This document shows positions 48,061 through 56,476 of a DNA stretch of 64,000 nucleotides, one piece after another. The notes beneath the pieces are model-generated. The model saw nothing but the letters and a program-made list of their open reading frames with translations, had not been told where the DNA came from and did not search any database. Both the position numbers and the translations under genes were made by a program. The stretch spans positions 75,474 through 139,473 of the forward strand of contig JAUXAN010000001.1 in the NCBI GenBank assembly GCA_030619885.1. Reading direction: 5' to 3'. The stretch's first letter is position 1; every line of letters starts with the position of its first letter. Source of the DNA: a bacterium (GTDB taxonomy: Bacteria; Hydrothermota; DG-26; JAUXAN01).

Positions 48061-48328
48061 TGCTTACCTCCTTATCTATTGCATCAGCAAAAAGATTAAT
48101 AAACTTCTTTTTATATCTTTCAGGCACATCTTCGCTACTGCCATGAGGTCTCTCCAATTGAAGTGAAGGAGATTTTGAATCAGCAGGATAATAAATATTA
48201 AATATAGATCCTTCCTTGGGCTTGACGTCACCAAAACGTTTTGCAAGTCTGATCATTTCTTTAAATGAAAGTTTTTTCCAGTCATTTTTACTTTTAGCCT
48301 TTTTGCAAAGTTTCTTTATACTAGCCAT
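48053..48328 (-). CDS. hicA: HicA-family toxin (YcfA-like)
   Basis: 91 aa. S.KE.I.LAK..G.....KEGS.......S.....LERPH pattern. Overlaps hicB by 8 nt. Confidence 0.55.
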   Translation of the reverse strand: MASIKKLCKKAKSKNDWKKLSFKEMIRLAKRFGDVKPKEGSIFNIYYPADSKSPSLQLERPHGSSEDVPERYKKKFINLFADAIDKEVSNE

Positions 48329-48410
48329 ATAATATCATATATAGTATCATATTGTCAAGTTTTTTTTTACTTAAAACATCCTCAAAATTCTAATTATCTA
48401 AACTTGGGAA

Positions 48411-48612
48411 TCGGGCTGGAATCTAACTTTTCCCCAGTCGTACCCATCAATTCTCTCATCGATGTAATTTCTTTTGAACACGATGATATCAAATCTTGAC
48501 TTTTAACCATTAAACAGATTAAAAAAAGAGGATAGTTTAAGTACACCATACATTACTCCTTTCACTACCCTCCTGATGATTAATATAATATTTTTTAGAA
48601 GTTTGTCAAGGA
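48411..48612 (-). repeat. unit 1 of a duplicated ~200-bp promoter-bearing repeat
   Basis: About 85% identical to 48998-49206 over ~140 bp. On the minus strand it carries TTGACA-17-ATATTA followed by a GGAGT-ATG short ORF that is not conserved between the two copies. Confidence 0.6.
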
Positions 48613-48712
48613 AAAATCGACCTATCTTTGGATCCGTATGGAATGCCCCGAGTAAAACGAGGGGCTAATGGTCAGATTTTTCTGACCCCACGCCTTATAA
48701 CTCCTTCAAGGG
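48611..48712. repeat. copy e of element X, flanked by GTCAAG direct repeats and embedded in a longer repeat
   Basis: The copy without X (49198 onward) reads ttgtcaag|aaaaaaaggcattttgttgc. Copy e reads ttgtcaag[X]gtcaagggaaaaggcattttgttgc. Confidence 0.55.
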
Positions 48713-48869
48713 GTCAAGGGAAAAGGCATTTTGTTGCAAAAAATAGGACGTAGATTAAATCAAAGAAGGGAGGAAATCCTCTGCATGTTTTAAAAAAGTA
48801 GCCTGTCCCTTTTTTGTTTTCGTATTTTCCCTTGACAAGAATTGAATGGGATATATATAACTAATATAG

Positions 48870-49031
48870 ATGAGAAAAGAGAAGAAGAGCGTGTATATTG
48901 ATACAACGATTCCCAGTTATTATTTTGAAGACCGCAAAGATTTTCGTCTCTACAGAGAAATAACCCGTAGATGGTGGGATATAATCTCCTTATGGGGTCG
49001 CGCTGGAATCTGGAATTTAACTATTTCATAG
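48870..49031 (+). pseudogene. possible N-terminal fragment of a PIN-domain (VapC-like) toxin gene, truncated by or fused into a repeat element
   Basis: 53-codon ORF immediately after a TTGACA-17-ATATAA promoter. KSVYIDTTIPSYYFEDRKD resembles the PIN N-terminal hhhDT..h motif. The ORF runs into repeat copy 2 at about 48998. Confidence 0.3.
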
Positions 49032-49206
49032 TCATACACATTATTTCTGCCATCGACATATTTCCTTTTGAACACGATGATATCAAATCTTGACTCTTAA
49101 CCATTAAACAAATTAAAAAAATGAGGGTAGTTTAAGTACACCATACATTACTCCTTTCACTACCCTCCTGATATTTAATATAAGATATTTTAAAAATTTG
49201 TCAAGA
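48998..49206 (-). repeat. unit 2 of the duplicated ~200-bp promoter-bearing repeat
   Basis: See unit 1. On the minus strand it would drive transcription antisense to the PIN-like fragment ORF. Confidence 0.6.
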
Positions 49207-49374
49207 AAAAAAGGCATTTTGTTGCAAAAAATAGGACGCTCATACGGATCGTACGACAGATTAAATCAAGGAAAAACGAGAATATCTTTTACAATTTTAA
49301 TCCTGTTCACCCTCGCACCTAACATAGGTGCGGGGTTCATCCTGTCAAGGATATTGGGGTGAGAAGTGGAACTT

Positions 49375-50343
49375 TTAGCCGATCGCTTTTGTTATCTCTT
49401 TATTAAATGCGAATATACTGAAAATGCCGCCAGTATGTATAAAAATAACCTTTTTATATCTGTTCTTTCTTAAATGGTTTAACATCCCATAGAATGCCTT
49501 TCCTGTATAAACAGGTTCTAAAATGATTCCTGATTTTGCAAGACGCCCTATGGTCTTTAATTCAGCAGGATAAGGAATGCCATACCCTTCACCAACAAAG
49601 CCATCAATCAGGTTTATATCATCTTCATTAATTTCTATGCCCAGATTAAACTTTTCGATTGCCATTTCACAAATCTTCCAAATTTTTTCTTTAAAATATT
49701 CAATCGTATCGCAGATAATTATTCCATTAAGGTCTATCTTTAGATTTAATGACTTTTTGCCAAGTAATAATCCAGCATAAGTTCCACCTGAACCAACAGC
49801 GCAATATACCGCTTCTATTTTATGTGCTTTGATAAAATCTTCCATCTCTTTCATACAATCAAGATAACCCAAGGCACCAATTTCGTTCGAACCTCCTACA
49901 GGAATGATGTAAGGTCTTTTACCTTTTCTCTTTAACCTATCAGCATACACTTTCATAATTTCATTTCGCTGCTGATACTGTGCAGGTGTAATATAATTTA
50001 CCCTTGCGTCTAATAATTTTTCAATTAAAAGATTTCCTGTATAAATTTTCCTCGGTTTCCCATAAAGACGTAACAATAGATGGCACTCAAATCCAAAATG
50101 CTGCGCAAATGCCGCAGTTGTTCGACAATGGTTTGATTGCACTGGACCACAGGTAATAATCGTATCGCAATTGTGATTTTTCGCATCGGCGATAAGATAC
50201 TCAAGTTTGCGCGCCTTATTGCCTGAAATGAGCAATCCATTCAAATCGTCACGCTTAATGTAGATTTTTGCAGTGGTTCTTAATCCCTGAATTTTTTCAA
50301 TCGGAGTCTTTAAAGTAATCTTCAGTGGTTTCAAAATTGCCAT
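49375..50343 (-). CDS. PLP-dependent D-cysteine desulfhydrase / ACC deaminase family enzyme
   Basis: IKRDDL.G...SGNKARKLE PLP-lysine motif and the GG..SN glycine loop. 322 aa. Confidence 0.8.
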   Translation of the reverse strand: MAILKPLKITLKTPIEKIQGLRTTAKIYIKRDDLNGLLISGNKARKLEYLIADAKNHNCDTIITCGPVQSNHCRTTAAFAQHFGFECHLLLRLYGKPRKIYTGNLLIEKLLDARVNYITPAQYQQRNEIMKVYADRLKRKGKRPYIIPVGGSNEIGALGYLDCMKEMEDFIKAHKIEAVYCAVGSGGTYAGLLLGKKSLNLKIDLNGIIICDTIEYFKEKIWKICEMAIEKFNLGIEINEDDINLIDGFVGEGYGIPYPAELKTIGRLAKSGIILEPVYTGKAFYGMLNHLRKNRYKKVIFIHTGGIFSIFAFNKEITKAIG

Positions 50344-50362
50344 AATATATTCCTATTAATGA

Positions 50363-50905
50363 CTAATGACTGCAATTTTTATGCTTTAGGATTATTTTTA
50401 CTGCTTCTTTTATGTTGGATACGGTGTAGTCGGGTTTTACCTTCTTTTTTGTCTCCTTACCATACCCTGTTAGCACCAATATTGATTTTGAACCTGCATT
50501 TTTTCCAAGTTCTATATCTTCTTTTTTGTCTCCTACAACCCAGGAATTTTTCAAATTTAGGTTGAATTTTCTTTTTGCCTTCAAAATAAGCCCGGGTTTG
50601 GGCTTTCTGCATTCACAGTTTTCATCAGGATGATGTGGACAGAAGTATATACCATCTATTTGTGCGCCATCTTTTTTTAATATTTCAGTCAATCTCTTGT
50701 TGACCCTCTGAAGGGTCTCTATGGTGAAATAACCTCTTGCTACCCCGGATTGGGTTGTTATGATAACTACCTTGAATCCTGCCTCGTTCAGTTTTCTTAT
50801 CGCTTCACCGGCACCTCTGATGACCACTATCTTGTCTTCGCTGTCGATATAGCCCAGGTCTTTGCATATCGTTCCATCACGGTCAAAAAAGACTGCTATA
50901 TTCAT
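50363..50905 (-). CDS. gmhB: D,D-heptose 1,7-bisphosphate phosphatase (HAD-IIIA)
   Basis: VFFDRDGTI and C.CRKPKPG GmhB motifs, VVGDK. 180 aa. Confidence 0.85.
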   Translation of the reverse strand: MNIAVFFDRDGTICKDLGYIDSEDKIVVIRGAGEAIRKLNEAGFKVVIITTQSGVARGYFTIETLQRVNKRLTEILKKDGAQIDGIYFCPHHPDENCECRKPKPGLILKAKRKFNLNLKNSWVVGDKKEDIELGKNAGSKSILVLTGYGKETKKKVKPDYTVSNIKEAVKIILKHKNCSH

Positions 50906-51059
50906 TGTTCCAGATTATGCGTTAATTCAGGAAATCCCAATACTACTAAATCCAAAATCCAAAGTAAATCCAAATTTCAAATTCCCAAGCAATTAATTTC
51001 GCATTTATTCGTGATAATTCGTCCATTTGGATCCAGAGATATTCATTCGTGGTTATGTT

Positions 51060-52022
51060 TTATTTCAGTTTCACCACCTTGACGGTTTTTTTATAATTTT
51101 CGGATTCAGCTCTGATGAGATATATACCGCATGGCAGTTTTCTTCCAAATCTGTCCTTGCCATCCCATAGTACAGTATTTAGTAGTTGGTAGTTAGTAGT
51201 TAGCGATTTATTAACAAAGGTACGGATAAGGCGACCACTTGTGTCATAAATTCGTATGGAGTGCTGTGACCGTGTCACAGCTGCATCGACATGGTCGATG
51301 CACTCCAAACTGATAACCGTGCTTGTGTGGAACGGATTTGGGAAGCATTTTAACCATCCATTTGAAATAAGCGAAGGAGATGGTTTTGATGCGACGCCAG
51401 TCTTAAACAGGGTCCTCGCTGAATAGTCCGAATACTCTGACCACGATGCCAATGGGTTATAACATAACAGAGTCTGAGACCCAGAGGACTCATACAGTGA
51501 GAAGGTTCCTGTGGGTGGACTGTCTCCCGGGTCTTCAATGAGTACCGCATGACTTCCAGGCTTGACCAGTATGTCACCCATCTCCACTTCCTCTTTTCCT
51601 ATCGAGTCATAATCTGTATACAGCCCCCAGGTACCGACCCTCGGAACCTCCCAGCATCTGCATATGAAGGCAGAGCAGTCTATACCTGCAGCCCAGTCAG
51701 GGGGATGAATTCCTGTAATAGAATCATATTTAATATAATGGCAGTAATGATTTCCTGCGGCTAAACTGCACTCAAGCAAAGAGTCGAATTCCCAGTATGA
51801 ATCATTCTGTCCATACCCATAAGCCTCACCCATATATATCTCACTTGGATTAAAATCGCAAGTTTGATGTAAAGGACAGCCGTATGTAGAATATAAACTA
51901 TCCCATAGAGTTGAGTTGTAATCAGCACAGTACCAGGAATGATTTGCATAGTTTTTGGCATTGCATATTATTTCCTCCCTTGTTATGGTGAAGAGTGAGA
52001 GGAAAATTATTATCTGCACCAT
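51060..52022 (-). CDS. secreted NlpC/P60 (CHAP-like) cysteine peptidase-domain protein with a T9SS C-terminal sorting domain
   Basis: GIDCSAF...GDILVKPGSHAVLI gives a Cys/His papain-like arrangement. C-terminal FPNPFHTSTVISL...IRIYDTSGRLIRTF...GIYLIRA is a T9SS CTD. Confidence 0.65.
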   Translation of the reverse strand: MVQIIIFLSLFTITREEIICNAKNYANHSWYCADYNSTLWDSLYSTYGCPLHQTCDFNPSEIYMGEAYGYGQNDSYWEFDSLLECSLAAGNHYCHYIKYDSITGIHPPDWAAGIDCSAFICRCWEVPRVGTWGLYTDYDSIGKEEVEMGDILVKPGSHAVLIEDPGDSPPTGTFSLYESSGSQTLLCYNPLASWSEYSDYSARTLFKTGVASKPSPSLISNGWLKCFPNPFHTSTVISLECIDHVDAAVTRSQHSIRIYDTSGRLIRTFVNKSLTTNYQLLNTVLWDGKDRFGRKLPCGIYLIRAESENYKKTVKVVKLK

Positions 52023-52816
52023 TTTATGATATCAATGTTCTTCTCCTTCGATGTATAGAGTTGAAATATGTCGCCATTTTCATCTACGCATATGTCTCTG
52101 TTGCCAGTGTGGTAACTGAAATACCCTTTCGGGAGGTCTTCAATCTCTGCAAGTAATTTTCCTTTGGCAGAATATTTTTTAAAGTTCCTTCTATATTTAT
52201 AATCATTCCCCTCTTTCTGTGCCGAAATAGAAACAAAATACAAATTTCCTTTTCTGTCAGAACCTATGAACTCTGCATCACCTTCTGGCTTGAAAGATGG
52301 GAGAGCCTTACTCTCTTTGAGTGAATAGAGATCATCTTCCTCTAATACGAAATTGAAGAGTCTTCTATTTATATATAGACAGAATTCACCACCGGGGTTT
52401 ATCATAATCTGTTTGGCGGGCTTCGATGGATCCTTATAAAAGTTGTATCTTTTGATCTCCTCGCCTTCTTTATTATACACCTTTACATAATTCACCTTCG
52501 TTCTATTCTCCAACAGATAGATATTTCCATCTCCATCAACTGCAAGGTCTGCTGGATAGAAATTTGCATCTACTGTTGAAACGAAATTGCCATCATAGTT
52601 ATAGATTGAAACTCGGTGATTTATCCTATCTAATATGTAGATACATCCCGATTTAGCACAGATTCTATTAGGCCCGTATGGTGCACCCTCTTCAGATAGT
52701 CCAACTTGATAGTTACCATTTCCACAACTTAAAGAGAGGAGAGTATGGGGGAGATAGTCCTTCTTCACATTAGGGGTCACCAGGATTAAAAATAGGCTAA
52801 ATATAATTTTTGACAC
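52010..52816 (-). CDS. hypothetical lipoprotein with NHL/beta-propeller-like repeats
   Basis: Signal plus SLSCGNG. Repeated DGNIYLLE / KGNLYFVS / NGDIFQLY blades. Confidence 0.5.
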   Translation of the reverse strand: MSKIIFSLFLILVTPNVKKDYLPHTLLSLSCGNGNYQVGLSEEGAPYGPNRICAKSGCIYILDRINHRVSIYNYDGNFVSTVDANFYPADLAVDGDGNIYLLENRTKVNYVKVYNKEGEEIKRYNFYKDPSKPAKQIMINPGGEFCLYINRRLFNFVLEEDDLYSLKESKALPSFKPEGDAEFIGSDRKGNLYFVSISAQKEGNDYKYRRNFKKYSAKGKLLAEIEDLPKGYFSYHTGNRDICVDENGDIFQLYTSKEKNIDIIKWCR

Positions 52817-53771
52817 AAGTCATCACCTCTTCTACTCCTGTTGACTTCAGACACTCGTAGGTATGATTTCGGCAGGTTCGTTCGTAGCATGGGCTGCAGT
52901 CGAGTCCTATCTTTATTACTTTGTGATTTTTCCCAAGAGGTCCTGTCCATTTTGGGTTAGTGCTTCCAAAAATTGCTATGGTGGGGGTGCCTACCGCTGC
53001 TGCAAGGTGCATAATGCCTGTATCATTACATATAAAAAGGTCGCATTGCTTCATTATGCTTGCTGCCTCAATCAGAGGTACTTTACCCACAAGATTGATC
53101 GGGTCTTCCTCCATACATTCGTTCATTTTGAGTGCAATCTCTTTTTCTTCATATCCTCCAAATATGAATACCTTCGCTTTATACCGCCTTGTAAGTTCAT
53201 CTCCAACAAGTGCAAAATTCTTTAGAGCCCACCGCTTTGCTGGACCGTATGTCGCCCCGGGGGCAATACCTACCCACGGATGGGGTATGTCTGAAAAATG
53301 TATATTTTCGGGTGGAATAATATGTGGAATGATGGAGACGATTTTCGGGTTCAATATCCTTGCAAGGTCTATGTAGGTATTAACGAGGTGTCTCTCTCTA
53401 TAAGCATCGGACAATTTCAACTTTTTACTCAGAAAGAGACCGCGATGTTCATTCAAATACCCAATCCTCTCCTTAACACCACACAAATATATGAAAAATG
53501 CAGAAGAGAAAGAGAATGGAAAAACGACTCCTATATCGTATCTTTCTTTGTGCAGTCCTTTTGAAATTTTAACCAAGTCTTTTCTGTTTGAAAAAGGGAG
53601 AGCATCTGTCACATATGGAAGGTTCTTAAAAATTTCTGAGGTTCGCTGGTGTGCAATAACACAAAGTCTATTGGCAACAGAAGCAACTGTCTCTATCGCT
53701 GGTATTGATAGGATGGCATCGCCAATCCAGTTCGGAGTCCTTATGACAATATTTTTCTTACGCCTTTCCAT
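52797..53771 (-). CDS. waaF: ADP-heptose:LPS heptosyltransferase (GT9, WaaF/WaaC-like)
   Basis: NWIGDAILSIPAI N-terminal GT9 motif. C-terminal GNDTG.MHLAAAVG.P.IAIFG. Which of I or II it is remains uncertain. Confidence 0.8.
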   Translation of the reverse strand: MERRKKNIVIRTPNWIGDAILSIPAIETVASVANRLCVIAHQRTSEIFKNLPYVTDALPFSNRKDLVKISKGLHKERYDIGVVFPFSFSSAFFIYLCGVKERIGYLNEHRGLFLSKKLKLSDAYRERHLVNTYIDLARILNPKIVSIIPHIIPPENIHFSDIPHPWVGIAPGATYGPAKRWALKNFALVGDELTRRYKAKVFIFGGYEEKEIALKMNECMEEDPINLVGKVPLIEAASIMKQCDLFICNDTGIMHLAAAVGTPTIAIFGSTNPKWTGPLGKNHKVIKIGLDCSPCYERTCRNHTYECLKSTGVEEVMTCVKNYI

Positions 53772-54352
53772 CTCCTCCTCGTTTGAAGTGGTAAGATATT
53801 CTCCTTCTCAAAATAGCTTTCTATAAACCGCATCGTACCCTTATTGGGGTAACCTTTACCAAAATTAAAACCCATTTTTCTATGCAATCTTTTGATTCTT
53901 TCATCCCTTGTGACCTTGGCGATGATAGAAGCCGCCTGACAGGGAGGATAGGTATCATCCGCCTTTTTTTCATATATCAGGACTATTCCTGGTTTCAAGA
54001 TTTTGATCAGATTTTCTCGCTTGAGATTTCCCAGACTATCAACTATTACCTTTTTTGGATTCAGCCTGTTCACTATTTTCGCTATCCTTTCCAATTCCAG
54101 TTCTGTTAAATTTCTACGGTCTATATCGTGAAAAGATATCTCTTCTATACAATAGTCTTCAACCAATTCTATTATTTCGGGATACAGTTCTTCTCTTTTA
54201 TGTGGTGTCAGTTTCTTACTATCGCGCACACCCAATTTTGATAGAAGGTCAATCTTATGATTTCTAATTTTCACACCTGCTACTATCATTGGACCGATAA
54301 CCGCTCCCCTTCCTGCTTCATCAATACCTACCACAGATTCTTCCATCATCAT
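53741..54352 (-). CDS. rnhB: ribonuclease HII
   Basis: GIDEAGRGAVIGPMVVA and DSK.L RNase HII catalytic motifs. Confidence 0.9.
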   Translation of the reverse strand: MMMEESVVGIDEAGRGAVIGPMIVAGVKIRNHKIDLLSKLGVRDSKKLTPHKREELYPEIIELVEDYCIEEISFHDIDRRNLTELELERIAKIVNRLNPKKVIVDSLGNLKRENLIKILKPGIVLIYEKKADDTYPPCQAASIIAKVTRDERIKRLHRKMGFNFGKGYPNKGTMRFIESYFEKENILPLQTRRRWKGVRKILS

Positions 54353-55344
54353 TTACAAACTTTATTGAAAACCCTGATGAAATTTCCACCGAGAATACTT
54401 TTTATTTCTTCTTCGTTATATCCTCGTGCCACGAGTCTTTTAGTTATTTCAGGGAATTTACTCGCATCTTCAACCCCACTAACAGGGTCTTTAATCCCAT
54501 CAAAATCAGAACCTAAAGCGATATGTTTGGTTCCGACTAACTTTTTGATATAGTCTATATGATCCACGATAGCTTCAACAGTCGCCTTTTTATTTGAGAG
54601 AAATTTGGATGAAAAATTTATGCCTATAACACCATCTGTATTTGCTATTGCAATTATCTCCTCGTCTGAAAGGTTTCTTGGATGTTCTCTCAAAGTGTAA
54701 GCGCAGGAGTGTGATGCGACTATGGGGTGTGCTGAAATCTTTGCTATGTCCAGGACAGTTTTCTTCGATGCATGGGAGACATCTATGACTATTCCAAGTC
54801 TGTTCATCTCACGAATTACCTTTTTCCCAAATGGAAGTAAGCCTCTATCCGGTTTACTCCAGCAGGATGTTGCAATCTTGTTCGAGTTATTCCATGTAAT
54901 CGTCAATAGTCTGATGCCAAGTTTGTGAAAGGTCCTCAATATTGCAAGGTCTCCTTCCACAGTGTGCCCACCTTCGATCCCTAACACAGCTGCTATCTTC
55001 CCATCTTTGGCGATATTTTCAATATCTCCACTTTTCTTTGCGGGTTGAATTTCTCCGTTAAATTTATCAAGTTGGTTATAAAATGTATCTATGAGATGCA
55101 GAGTTGATTTCAAATAATTTTTGCACTTTGGGTCAACCAAGCACGCAAACACCTGACACTTGACACCGCCCTCTTTCAACTTGGGTAAATTTATATGTCC
55201 TCGTGCTGTTTTCAGATCTTCGTTCTTTCCAATTCGAAGTAGGGTGTCGCAATGCAAGTCACAAAGAATGGATTCTCTATGCAGTTTTTCAACTGATAAA
55301 GTTGACATCATTAAAAAGCAGAGAAGAAATCTAACAGTTTCCAT
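54349..55344 (-). CDS. membrane dipeptidase (peptidase M19)
   Basis: DLHCDT, VSHAS, HSCAY and LGSDFDG metal-ligand motifs of the renal-dipeptidase family. Confidence 0.85.
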   Translation of the reverse strand: METVRFLLCFLMMSTLSVEKLHRESILCDLHCDTLLRIGKNEDLKTARGHINLPKLKEGGVKCQVFACLVDPKCKNYLKSTLHLIDTFYNQLDKFNGEIQPAKKSGDIENIAKDGKIAAVLGIEGGHTVEGDLAILRTFHKLGIRLLTITWNNSNKIATSCWSKPDRGLLPFGKKVIREMNRLGIVIDVSHASKKTVLDIAKISAHPIVASHSCAYTLREHPRNLSDEEIIAIANTDGVIGINFSSKFLSNKKATVEAIVDHIDYIKKLVGTKHIALGSDFDGIKDPVSGVEDASKFPEITKRLVARGYNEEEIKSILGGNFIRVFNKVCK

Positions 55345-55366
55345 CGGAATAGAGAATCACCGATTT

Positions 55367-55939
55367 TTATTTAGACCTGTATCCAGACTCGAACGCCAAT
55401 TTATTCACTTCTATCGTTTTCTTTGGAACCCTTTCTTCAATAACAGCCAGCCAATTTTCATATGCAAGTTCGATATGACGTGCCAGTACACCGAGCAGAA
55501 CAACATTTAAGGTGCGGATATTGCCTGTGCTTTTAGCAATACCTAATCCATCAATCACTACGAGATTGGATGCATGCTTTTTAATTTTATCAATCACATC
55601 TTGTGGATACTCTACTTCACCTGAGGCAACTGGTATAGGGAGAATTGCCATATCGTTGACGATAACGGTGCCATTTTTTTCAATATAAGAGAGATTCCTT
55701 AAAGCCTCTAGTTTCTCATAAGAGAGAATTATATCTGCTCCACCCTCACCAATGAGCGGCGAATGGACCTTTTCACCATATCTCACATGAGAAATTACGC
55801 TCCCACCTCGTTGTGCCATACCATGAACCTCGCTCTTCTTCATATCGTAACCAGAATTCATACAGACTTCTGCAAGGATGTCGCTTGAAAGAAGGATACC
55901 CTGTCCTCCAACTCCACATATAAGAATACTTTTGGTCAC
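55367..55939 (-). CDS. iorB: indolepyruvate/2-oxoacid:ferredoxin oxidoreductase beta/gamma-type subunit (IorB-like)
   Basis: ILICGVGGQGILLSSDILAEV...SEVHGMAQRGGSV.SHVR motif. 190 aa. No alpha-subunit gene is adjacent. Confidence 0.75.
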   Translation of the reverse strand: MTKSILICGVGGQGILLSSDILAEVCMNSGYDMKKSEVHGMAQRGGSVISHVRYGEKVHSPLIGEGGADIILSYEKLEALRNLSYIEKNGTVIVNDMAILPIPVASGEVEYPQDVIDKIKKHASNLVVIDGLGIAKSTGNIRTLNVVLLGVLARHIELAYENWLAVIEERVPKKTIEVNKLAFESGYRSK

Positions 55940-55974
55940 ATCTAAAATATATCTTAACGACCAAAAATTGTCAA

Positions 55975-56131
55975 GAAAAATCGACCTATCTCTGGATCCG
56001 TATGGAATGTACCGAGTGAACCGAGGTGCTAATGGTCAGATTTTTTCCATACGGATCCCATATCCCTACGGATCCGTATGGACGGGTCTGCGACCGTAGG
56101 GACTGACCCCATGCTTTATACCTCCTTCAAG
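55975..56131. repeat. copy f of a ~100-bp GGATCCGTATGG-containing repeat (element X), itself carrying a ~56-bp palindromic insert
   Basis: Aligns base-for-base with 48611-48712. An extra segment ccatacggatcccatatccctacggatccgtatggacgggtctgcgaccgtaggga sits in the loop of the ggtcaga/tctgacc hairpin. Confidence 0.65.
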
Positions 56132-56338
56132 GAGAGTGTTGAAAAAACCATCAATGAGTTTCGGCAGGGGTATTTGGTTCCCTTGCTCCTAACTTTACGA
56201 ATGTCGCTTAGTATCCGTATGTCTTTCATACTAAAAGGGTTAGCCAAAGTGACGGGTTTTGTGCCAAGGATTGTCGACGGATCTGCACTCACCAAAAACC
56301 CCTGCCTTCTTTATGGGAAAAGGTTTTTCAACACTCTC
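56132..56338. mobile_element. 207-bp MITE-like element with 17/18-bp terminal inverted repeats and a 5-bp TCAAG target-site duplication
   Basis: Left end is gagagtgttgaaaaaacc. Right end is ggtttttcaacactctc, its reverse complement with one A fewer. Flanked by TCAAG at 56127-56131 and 56339-56343. The paralogous copy at 48706-48718 shows the uninterrupted ccttcaag|gggtcaag site. Confidence 0.7.
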
Positions 56339-56476
56339 TCAAGGGGTCAAGAAAAAAGAAACTACAGTTTTCACAGATTAAATCACAGGGGAAAGTCCGC
56401 AGGATGCTGTGCAGAAGAATTAGGGGATAGGATTCAATGACTTCCGAGAACCGTCCCCAATAGGTCCATAAAGACT

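Noticed and set aside
48329-48360. TTGACA-18-TATTAT promoter directly abutting the hicA ATG
   Set aside because: The -10 overlaps the start codon, so the transcript would lack it. The repeat-unit promoter at about 48580-48609 is the more plausible driver. Left unannotated.
48500-48560. 16-aa and 11-aa minus-strand ORFs (MYGVLKLSSFFNLFNG / MYGVLKLPSFF) inside the duplicated repeat units
   Set aside because: The frame is not conserved between the two copies (indel), so they are probably not functional peptides.
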